DNA from: Thermoproteota archaeon
GTDB taxonomy: Archaea > Korarchaeota > Korarchaeia > Korarchaeales > Korarchaeaceae
Reading direction: 5' to 3'
Assembly (NCBI GenBank): GCA_027492205.1
Contig: JAOZFN010000005.1
Coordinates: 1 to 64,000, forward strand
DNA: 64,000 bases
Position 1 is the stretch's first letter, and each line of letters opens with the position of its first letter. This document shows positions 56,683 to 64,000 of this stretch, one piece after another. The notes beneath the pieces are model-generated. The model saw only the letters and a program-made list of their open reading frames with translations. It made no database searches and was not told the origin of the DNA. Position numbers and translations under genes: made by a program.

Positions 56683-58260
56683 ATGAAGGTACTCTTGGTC
56701 GACGCGCTTGCTTCAGGCTCAGGCAGAAGGAGATCCTCCATTGACGTGATCGGGGCAGGGCCTAGGCAGATTGCCGGGATTCTAGAGACGTTCGGAATTG
56801 AATACAGGTTGGTCACCGCTGAGGACGCCCTGATATCCAAAGCTAGGGAGTTTGACGTCCTGATGGTCAGCGCCATGACCATGGACGCGCCGGCCGCTCG
56901 GCGGCTGGCGGCCCGCCATCGTAGGGCCGTCAAGGTCTTGGGTGGGCCGATAACCAACGACCCCACCGTCGTCTCTAGGCTAGGGTACGACTTCGGGATC
57001 TGGGGTGAGGGCGAGGCGGCGCTGGCGCGGGTAATTGAGGCTGGCGGACTTTCAGAACCGAGCCGCCTGACCCCCGATATCCCGAATTTGCTGCTGAACC
57101 GCGGGGGCAGAGTGGTGGCGGGACCGAGGAGAAGGTTAACCCCCGGTGAATTCAACTCTCTCTCACCGTCGACGGAGGCGGTCAGGCACTACAGATCCAG
57201 ACCCCACTACCGCTACGCACGGGTTTACGTTGAGGTCGAAAGGGGCTGTTCAAATTTCATTAGACCGGCGCTGACGGCAGATCGAAAAATCTGCGATGTC
57301 TGTGGAGCCTGTCTCGGAAGCAGGCCGCCGCTGGAGGTATGTCCCCAAGGGATACCCCCTGGATGCGGTTACTGCTCGATTCCAGCAACGTACGGTGCAC
57401 CCAAGTCCAAGGACGTCTCCAACGTTGTGCGCGAGGTCGAGAGCCTGATAGCGCTGGGCGCTCAGCGGATCATACTAAGCGGCGCCGACTTTCTCGATTA
57501 CGGGCGGGATCGGGAGGGAGGTGCGTTACACCCGTGTGAGCCGGGACCGAACCTGGGTGCCGTCGAGGATCTCCTGCGGTCAATAGCGTCAATACCGCAG
57601 GTGAGGGACGGCGAGGTCTACGTGGGGATTGAGAACGTTAAACCCTGTCTCTTGACCGACGAGGCGGTATCTCTGCTCTCGCACTACCTGCCAAACTCCG
57701 TCGTTCACGTGGGGATTGAGACGGGGGACGACCCTCACGCGAGGATCCTGGGGAGGCCCTGCAGCTCGACACTCGCTGAGGAGAGGGTTAAGGCGGCGGC
57801 GGAGGACGGCCTGAGGGTATACGCGTACTTCATCCACGGCCTCCCAGGGCAGTCGATGGCGACGGCTAGGGCTACCGTGGAGATGATGGAGAGGCTCTAC
57901 AGGGCCGGTGTCGAGAAATTCACCGTCTACAGGTTCAAGCCCCTCCCGGGTTCGGCCTTCGAGTCCCTTCAGCCGGGCCCACCTGCCAGAGAAGACAGGG
58001 CCTCTGCGCTCATAGAGTCAACGGCCAGGAGGCTCAACGTCGCCCGCAAGCGCGGGATGATGGGAAAGAGGCTCGAGGTCATCTTCTCGTCCAACTTCCA
58101 CAGGGGCGCCAGGGTGGCCTACCCGATCCGCGAGGGCCCAACTTGCCTAGTGAAAGGCGCTCCCAAGTCTGTCAGGGTTGGCGACAGGGGTTACGTCCTC
58201 GTGACGGGTCTCGTGTCGGATAGGGCGCTGCTGGCGGAGTTTCTCAACAAGGAGACTTGA
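56683..58260 (+). CDS. Radical SAM protein with B12-binding-like N-terminus
   Basis: LGGP, GEGE, VEVERGC...GCGYC, GIETG, IHGLPGQ. Confidence 0.82.
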   Translation: MKVLLVDALASGSGRRRSSIDVIGAGPRQIAGILETFGIEYRLVTAEDALISKAREFDVLMVSAMTMDAPAARRLAARHRRAVKVLGGPITNDPTVVSRLGYDFGIWGEGEAALARVIEAGGLSEPSRLTPDIPNLLLNRGGRVVAGPRRRLTPGEFNSLSPSTEAVRHYRSRPHYRYARVYVEVERGCSNFIRPALTADRKICDVCGACLGSRPPLEVCPQGIPPGCGYCSIPATYGAPKSKDVSNVVREVESLIALGAQRIILSGADFLDYGRDREGGALHPCEPGPNLGAVEDLLRSIASIPQVRDGEVYVGIENVKPCLLTDEAVSLLSHYLPNSVVHVGIETGDDPHARILGRPCSSTLAEERVKAAAEDGLRVYAYFIHGLPGQSMATARATVEMMERLYRAGVEKFTVYRFKPLPGSAFESLQPGPPAREDRASALIESTARRLNVARKRGMMGKRLEVIFSSNFHRGARVAYPIREGPTCLVKGAPKSVRVGDRGYVLVTGLVSDRALLAEFLNKET

Positions 58261-58266
58261 GCGAGG

Positions 58267-58343
58267 TGGTGGGGCCGCCGGGATTTGAACCCGGGACCAC
58301 CAGCGCCCCAGGCTGGCATCCTACCAAGCTAGACCACGGCCCC
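58267..58343 (-). tRNA. tRNA-Pro(GGG)
   Basis: GGGGCCG..CCAGC-CTGGGGC-GCTGG..TTCAAAT..CGGCCCC-A-CCA. Confidence 0.96.
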
Positions 58344-58407
58344 ACGGCCAAACCATCTCGTCCCAGCTCTGGTTATAAACAGTTTGTCTGAGCCGGTCTG
58401 ATCTGCG

Positions 58408-59290
58408 TCAGGTTAGAGGGCCTCGCTTTCCCCTAGGACCATATGCCCACGCCTCTTTGAAGACCCTGTCTGCCACTATGAGAACGTAAGCTTCAGTCTC
58501 CGGTCTCGCAATGAGAAACCTCCCGTCTAACATTTGGTGCGGCCACTTCCTGCTCGCCACACTTCGATAGGGCAGCCATCTAACTCTGTAGAACCTCTTC
58601 TCCACATACACTCTAGCCCTCGTGGCGGGTAGGGGCAGCTTCTTCCAGGCGCCAATGCCCTCGGCATCCCACAGGACTATCTCGCTGGCCCTCTCGCCAG
58701 AGGCTGTAGTCGCTTTCCTGGAGTACCTCGCGATTCTGACAACCCCGACGGAGTAAACCCGATCGAGCCTGTACTCTCCGACTGGTATGAGCTTGCCGCG
58801 CCCGTCTTTGAATCTGTCACTGTAGGGAAGAGGCACTTAGACCTTCCATTTGGCGTAACTATAAATCCTAGGGTTCTGTAGACGAATGCAAACACGCCTA
58901 ACGAAGTAAAACGTCTAGAGGACGAGGTTCAACCCACACTTTTGATGAACTCCCCATTTGAATGCTTATGTCCAATCCTGGGATTGCAGAGGGGACGCTA
59001 ATCTGAAGTGAATTCAGAGAAAACTTCCCCAAAGAGACACCGGTCTCACTAGATGCGGCATTCATAGTTTTGAGGTTTCCGATGAAGTCAAGTAAAAGGA
59101 ACCGAGGCCCTAGCCCCTTTACAACGGGCGCGCTGGTGTCGGCCGTCATCGCATCCCTCCCCGAACCAAACGGGTGGATAAAGGGCTTGACAGTCCTGTC
59201 ACTTGCAACCGTCTTGGGCGTCACCTTCACTGGGAACGTGACGGAAGGGCTCTTGGAGTCCCTGCTGGGGGCATTCACTTCTGGGGCCAT
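58408..59290 (-). pseudogene. Possible degraded gene or foreign remnant
   Basis: Fragmented ORFs (58898-59290, 58408-58836); in-frame stops directly upstream of the latter; visibly AT-richer than flanks. Confidence 0.35.
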
Positions 59291-59371
59291 AACCCGCCTC
59301 CTGCAGTCGCTGGGTAGGTAGCAGAGTCGACGCGCATGCGGCCCACGGCCGGCCGGGCCTGCTGAAGGCCT

Positions 59372-59406
59372 AAAGTTCTTTATAACACATACGAAAGTTT
59401 TATATA
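59372..59406 (+). promoter_or_regulatory. Tandem BRE/TATA elements upstream of tfb
   Basis: AAAGTTCTTTATAA and GAAAGTTTTATATA. Confidence 0.6.
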
Positions 59407-59425
59407 GCGAAAACTTTGAAAATGG

Positions 59426-60418
59426 ATGGTGGGGGATCCCTTGGAGGGTGGCCGGAAGAGCGATAAGGAGAGCCTGTTTACTGAGGTAAAGTTTACCTGT
59501 CCCCGCTGCGGGAGCGATCAGATAATCAAGGACCCGAACACTGGGGAGCTGGTCTGCGCGAGCTGTGGGTTGATTCTAAGCACGGGTATGGTTGATACGG
59601 ATAAGGACTGGAGGGCCTTCGACGCCGATGAGTACATGGATAGGGCGCACACCGGGGCCCCAGTAACCCCAACCCGATCCGGATACGGCCTAGACTCCGA
59701 CATCGCCATGACCAGCGGATTGAGCAGGAAGTCCGTTCAGACCCTCAGGAGGACCCACAGGCACGTCAGCGATGCTAGGGAAAAGGCGGTGGAGCCAGCC
59801 CTCAGGAAGATAAGACTCGCGGCCGAGACCCTGAACCTGCCTCCTGAGACCGTGGAGGACGCCGCCATGCTCTATCGGAAGGCGGCCGGTGAGGGTCTGG
59901 TGAAGGGTAGGAGCATGGACGCCATGGTGGCCGCCGTGATCTATGCGGCGTGCAGGAGGACGGACGTGCCTCGGTCGCTGGAAGAGGTCGCCTCACTCTT
60001 CAACTTGAAGGAGAAGGAGGTGGGAAGGAGCTTTCGCTTCCTGTTCAGGAAGCTGGGCATAAGGATACCGCCTCCCAAGCCGGAGAACTTCGTCTACGCA
60101 ATATGCGCCAAGCTGGGGCTGCCCGAGAGGGTGGCTACCCAGGCCATCAGGATACTGAAGATAGCCCGTCAGCAGGGGGCGACTATGGGGAGGGAGCCCG
60201 TCGGCGTCGCGGCGGCTGCCATATACATGGCCAGCCAGGAGTTCGGTGAGCACAAGACTCAGAGGGAGCTTGCTCAGGCCGCGGGCGTCACCGAGGTCAC
60301 GGTCCGAAACAGGTACAAGGAACTCCTCGCCAAGGTCCACAAGCTCTGGCTGGAGCAGCTTCCGGAGGACCTGAAGAAGCAGATGGCCTCCTTCCGCGAG
60401 TCAGCCGAGGGTCAGTAG
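59426..60418 (+). CDS. tfb: Transcription initiation factor IIB (canonical)
   Basis: CPRCG..CASCG Zn ribbon, DWRAF, GRS...AAVIYAACR, TQRELA..AGVTEVTVRNRYKEL. Confidence 0.96.
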   Translation: MVGDPLEGGRKSDKESLFTEVKFTCPRCGSDQIIKDPNTGELVCASCGLILSTGMVDTDKDWRAFDADEYMDRAHTGAPVTPTRSGYGLDSDIAMTSGLSRKSVQTLRRTHRHVSDAREKAVEPALRKIRLAAETLNLPPETVEDAAMLYRKAAGEGLVKGRSMDAMVAAVIYAACRRTDVPRSLEEVASLFNLKEKEVGRSFRFLFRKLGIRIPPPKPENFVYAICAKLGLPERVATQAIRILKIARQQGATMGREPVGVAAAAIYMASQEFGEHKTQRELAQAAGVTEVTVRNRYKELLAKVHKLWLEQLPEDLKKQMASFRESAEGQ

Positions 60419-60472
60419 GCGAGACGACAGGTTTTTACACCATGAGGTCTTGCCCCTCGAGAGGAGGCTAAG

Positions 60473-60616
60473 ATGTACGTCTGCCTCAGGTGCGGGTACG
60501 TCTTCACGAAGGAGGAGATGGAGGAGTACTTCAATGTCTTCAAGTGTCCGAGGTGCGGCTACAGGATCCTCCGAAAGGTGAGGAGAGAGACTCCTAAGAG
60601 AGTTAAGGCAATCTGA
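60473..60616 (+). CDS. rpoP: RNA polymerase subunit P (Rpo12), not in the ORF track
   Basis: Manual translation MYVCLRCGYVFTKEEMEEYFNVFKCPRCGYRILRKVRRETPKRVKAI; GAGGAGG RBS. Confidence 0.93.
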   Translation: MYVCLRCGYVFTKEEMEEYFNVFKCPRCGYRILRKVRRETPKRVKAI

Positions 60617-60619
60617 GGG

Positions 60620-61255
60620 GTGATACCGAAGATGCCCGACGTTAAAGGGCCCCTCAAGGAATTACTGATGCTGGCAGCGGTCGCCGCCCTCCTCTTCCTG
60701 TTCTTTCGAGTAGTGCTTCCCCGGGCCATGGGGGTCGATTCCCCGATCACCGTAGTTCACGGTCCTTCAATGGAGCCGACGTATGAGGATGGGGACATCC
60801 TCTTGGTGAAGCACGTCGATCCGAGTAGCCTCAAGGTCGGCGACGTGATAGTTTTCCTGAATCCCAACGTGCCCCAGTGCAAGTCGGATCCAGACTTCTC
60901 ACCGAGGTGCAGGATCGTCCACAGGATAGTTGGAATAGAGACTGAGGGAGATAGGCTCTACTTCGTAACCCAGGGGGACAACCCGGTCACCAATCCCAGG
61001 CCGGACTGGGGCAGGGTGCCGCCTGAACTTATCCTGGGGGTTCCCGTCCTCCACATAGCGGTCCCTCAGATGGGGCATCTCCTCCTCTTCCTGCAGAAAC
61101 CACTAGTCAGGGTGGCAATAGCGTCGGCACTGGTCTTGTTAATCGTGTGGGACTTCCTGGCGTCCGCTAAGGAAGAAGGCGAGCAGACGCAGGAGTCTGA
61201 ACCGGGGTTCAGCGATGAATCTCACCATGGAGACCCGTCGCGCCTCCCTGAGTGA
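60620..61255 (+). CDS. Signal peptidase I (Sec11 type)
   Basis: GPSMEPT, GDVIVF, IVHRIV, TQGDN. Confidence 0.92.
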   Translation: MIPKMPDVKGPLKELLMLAAVAALLFLFFRVVLPRAMGVDSPITVVHGPSMEPTYEDGDILLVKHVDPSSLKVGDVIVFLNPNVPQCKSDPDFSPRCRIVHRIVGIETEGDRLYFVTQGDNPVTNPRPDWGRVPPELILGVPVLHIAVPQMGHLLLFLQKPLVRVAIASALVLLIVWDFLASAKEEGEQTQESEPGFSDESHHGDPSRLPE

Positions 61256-61297
61256 TTTATAAAGGAGCCTTTATAAGGCCCGACAGAGGTTTCTGGA

Positions 61298-61915
61298 ATG
61301 CCCCCCGATAAGGAAAAGCAGGGAGAGGTCGTCGCGGGGATCAGGTTTCCACGTGAACCCGAGATTAACATCCAGAACGTCGTGTCCTCCGCTGACATTA
61401 GGCAGAAGCTGAACCTCAAGGAAATAGCTCAGAAGATCAAGGAGTCGAGGTACGAACCCAACAAGTTCCCGGGTCTGGTACTCAAACTCAAGGAGCCAAA
61501 GGCCGCCCTTCTGGTTTTCAGCAGCGGGAAGTTCGTGTGCACGGGGACGAAATCTGTCGAGGAGTCCGCCCTGGCCGTCAATAAGGCCATCGACCTCATG
61601 AAGCAGCACGGCATCAAGATCAGCAACAGACCCCTGGTCAGGGCCGAGAACATCGTCGCGTCCGCGAAGCTGTTCCTCAAGGTTGACATAGAGAGGTTGG
61701 CCATGGAGCAGCCCAACACTCTCTACGAGCCGGAGCAGTTTCCGGGACTCATATACAGGATGGACGATCCGCCGGTGGTGTTTCTGGTCTTTGCCTCCGG
61801 GAGCTTGGTGTGTACCGGAGCCAAGAAGGAGGCGGACGTTAGGAGGGCGGTCTACAAGCTGAGGAGGGTGTTGGCAGAGGGCGGATACTTCATAACTGAA
61901 GAGGGCGTCGGTTGA
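61298..61915 (+). CDS. tbp: TATA-binding protein
   Basis: Two repeats NVVSS..YEPNKFPGL..LVFSSGK / NIVAS..YEPEQFPGL..LVFASG. Confidence 0.97.
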   Translation: MPPDKEKQGEVVAGIRFPREPEINIQNVVSSADIRQKLNLKEIAQKIKESRYEPNKFPGLVLKLKEPKAALLVFSSGKFVCTGTKSVEESALAVNKAIDLMKQHGIKISNRPLVRAENIVASAKLFLKVDIERLAMEQPNTLYEPEQFPGLIYRMDDPPVVFLVFASGSLVCTGAKKEADVRRAVYKLRRVLAEGGYFITEEGVG

Positions 61916-61922
61916 GGGGGCT

Positions 61923-62558
61923 ATGACGCTGCAGCTCACCGACGAGGAGGGCGGGTACCTAGTTAGGCTTGCTAGGCGGGCCATTACCCTCTTCTTAACC
62001 GAGGGAAAGACCCCTGAGGAGCAACCACCCAACCCCAGGCTCCAAGAGAAGGCGGGGGCGTTCGTCACGCTGAAGACCTATCCAGAGGGACGCCTGAGGG
62101 GGTGCATAGGCTATCCGGAACCCACCCTCCCTCTCTACCGAGCAGTCATTCAGGCAGCCATATCCGCGGCCACGCAGGATCCTAGGTTCTATCCAGTGAC
62201 GCCGGGAGAGCTCCCTAACATCACGGTGGAGGTCAGCGTTCTAACGCCGCCAGAGCCGCTCAGAGTGGACGACAGGAGGGAGCTGCCCGGCCTCATAAGG
62301 GTGGGTCGGGATGGCCTGATCATTCAAGCCGGACATTGGAGCGGTCTCCTCCTACCCCAGGTCCCGGTCGAGTGGGGCTGGGACTCCAGAGAATTCTTGG
62401 ACCAGACCTGCGTGAAGGCCGGGTTGCCGCCAGGCTGCTGGATGAGACCCGATGTGGAGGTGTTCAGGTTCACCGCCATAGTGTTCGCGGAGGAAAAACC
62501 CATGGGGAGGGTGGTTCGAGAGAGGCTGACGGCGGGCGAGGGTCATGGGTTGCGATAG
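61923..62558 (+). CDS. AMMECR1 family protein
   Basis: GAFVTL, LRGCIG, DPRF, EVSVLT, LLPQV, CVKAG. Confidence 0.93.
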   Translation: MTLQLTDEEGGYLVRLARRAITLFLTEGKTPEEQPPNPRLQEKAGAFVTLKTYPEGRLRGCIGYPEPTLPLYRAVIQAAISAATQDPRFYPVTPGELPNITVEVSVLTPPEPLRVDDRRELPGLIRVGRDGLIIQAGHWSGLLLPQVPVEWGWDSREFLDQTCVKAGLPPGCWMRPDVEVFRFTAIVFAEEKPMGRVVRERLTAGEGHGLR

Positions 62559-63085
62559 GCTCGGTCTATCGCCCACCTCATCTCATTGACCAGCTTGTCC
62601 ATCTCGTCCGCTGGAACGCCCCTCACGACTATGCGCCTAAGTGCCCCATCCTCTGCCTCTATGTTGTAAGCGACCCCGGGGGACGATCTCCTCAGCTCTC
62701 TCAGCCTTCTAGTGAGCCACCCTATGGGACCAGAGTCGGCCCTGACGTCCCCTTCCGTCTCAAGTATGAGGATGCCCTTCGCTCTATTGACCAGTATTCT
62801 CCCAATCCTCTCCTCTCCGGAGAGGATCTCCCTCTCCTCGACCTCCTGCGGTGATGGAGGCTCCAGGCGTTCCTCGACCTTTGTACCCTCCTCGGGGACT
62901 GCGGCAGGCGACGTTAACGTGTCGGCGGTAGTTATTGTCGCCTCCAATAGGATGTCATCGAGGGCGTCCAGCATCGACCGCAGCCTCAATAGCTCCTTCT
63001 CCAGCTCGTCTATCCTGGTCTTCAACATGTTTCTGAGCTCAAGGAGATTTCTCATCCTATCTTCTCTTTTCAAGCCTAACCCCAT
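62543..63085 (-). CDS. Hypothetical protein with N-terminal coiled coil
   Basis: Follows lysS on the same strand; heptad-rich N-terminus. Confidence 0.65.
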   Translation of the reverse strand: MGLGLKREDRMRNLLELRNMLKTRIDELEKELLRLRSMLDALDDILLEATITTADTLTSPAAVPEEGTKVEERLEPPSPQEVEEREILSGEERIGRILVNRAKGILILETEGDVRADSGPIGWLTRRLRELRRSSPGVAYNIEAEDGALRRIVVRGVPADEMDKLVNEMRWAIDRAYRNP

Positions 63086-63089
63086 CCTC

Positions 63090-64000
63090 TCAAGAATAGT
63101 TTGAGATTGACTTGCGTATTAAGGACTTGGCCCTCTCAACCCCCAGACGCTTCATAAGCGGGCCAAGCCTCGGCCCACTCTTGGCGCCCACCAGTAGCGT
63201 GTAGACGGCCGAGAAGAACTCCTTCGGCTTCACTCCACTGGACCTGCAGACCTCGAAGGCGCGGGACTGAATTTCCTCAGCATCCATGCCCTCGTCGATC
63301 TCAGCGAGAAATTTCTCTATGGCCGCCAGGACCTCGGGGCTCAGCTCGGGCCTCTCCTCGATGAACCTGGACTTGATGTCCCTGACGTAGTTCAGGGCCC
63401 TCTTGAACCACTCCCTGAACGTCTGATCCGTCAGGAGCGAGCCAGATTCAATTTCGTAGTACTCGGACACGAATTCCACCACGGCAGAGAGGAGCTCCTC
63501 TTCCTTCATCTCCCTCCAGGGGAGCAGCTCCACGATGTTGATGAGCGACCTGAAAGCATACTTGGGGGGCTGCGGAACCTCCCTCAGCAGGTACGCGTAC
63601 TCTACGAGTCTCTTTACGGTGATCCTGTCCCTCTCGGAGGGTATCCTGTCCAGGTTCCAGTAGAGCCTGAGGTGCCTCTCCAGGTCCTCGACGTACTCGG
63701 GCGCCCTCTCTAGGGAGATCGCGCGGGTCCCCCTGTACCTCTTGAACATCAGGAGCCTCAGGCTCTCGGGCGGCGCGTAGCGGAGCCAGTCCTGGGGGGT
63801 GATGACGTTCCCCTTGGACTTTGAGATCTTCTCTCCGGTCGCGTCGAGGAACATCTCGTACCTTATCGTCAGGGGCGGCTCGAATCCAAGGACTTCCCTG
63901 GCGATCCTCTGATTCACCCTGAAGCTGTCGGCGATGTCCTTGCCGTGTGGCTCGAACACGACTCCCAGCGCGGCCCACCTGGCGGCGAACTCCCCCCACT
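63090..64000 (-). CDS. lysS: Class I lysyl-tRNA synthetase, C-terminal part (start beyond window)
   Basis: FEPHGKD, YEMF, KISKSKGN, GPRLG. Confidence 0.93.
   Translation of the reverse strand, partial: WGEFAARWAALGVVFEPHGKDIADSFRVNQRIAREVLGFEPPLTIRYEMFLDATGEKISKSKGNVITPQDWLRYAPPESLRLLMFKRYRGTRAISLERAPEYVEDLERHLRLYWNLDRIPSERDRITVKRLVEYAYLLREVPQPPKYAFRSLINIVELLPWREMKEEELLSAVVEFVSEYYEIESGSLLTDQTFREWFKRALNYVRDIKSRFIEERPELSPEVLAAIEKFLAEIDEGMDAEEIQSRAFEVCRSSGVKPKEFFSAVYTLLVGAKSGPRLGPLMKRLGVERAKSLIRKSISNYS

Noticed and set aside
59325-59371. Cluster of short GC palindromes upstream of tfb
   Set aside because: Short and expected by chance at this GC content; at most a small hairpin
134-63999. Numerous antisense and alternative-frame ORFs in the track (e.g. 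134-610, 30882-31589, 37765-38427, 61271-62068)
   Set aside because: Shadow ORFs of well-supported genes, expected in high-GC DNA; no family motifs
1-64000. CRISPR array, integrase, transposase, rRNA, SRP RNA or RNase P RNA
   Set aside because: No repeat-spacer pattern or diagnostic motifs seen by eye

Overview
GC-rich archaeal chromosomal window, most likely a TACK/Thermoproteota lineage. Korarchaeota-like is an inference from an Rpo8-like subunit, class I LysRS, archaeal-type ribosomal proteins, TFB/TBP and a PRC-barrel protein. It is mostly core information-processing genes: the exosome/proteasome/RNase P superoperon, ribosomal protein and initiation factor clusters, Cdc6/RFC, GINS-MCM (444-aa intein)-Hel308, many tRNA-modification enzymes, TFB-RpoP-Sec11-TBP and seven tRNAs. 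Best leads: (1) an operon of a Zn-ribbon-less TFB paralog plus a membrane-anchored HerA/VirB4 (CedB-like) ATPase behind an ANTTTC-containing promoter, near an Orc1-2-like Cdc6, suggesting a variant DNA-damage/DNA-transfer module; (2) a C/D-box sRNA, invisible to the ORF track, whose D guide targets wobble C34 of the tRNA-Leu(CAA) in this window; (3) an intron-containing tRNA-Gly(TCC) with C33; (4) an oapABC-like cluster; (5) a 137-bp structured element flanked by 7-bp direct repeats. All assignments come from manual motif recognition; no searches were run.
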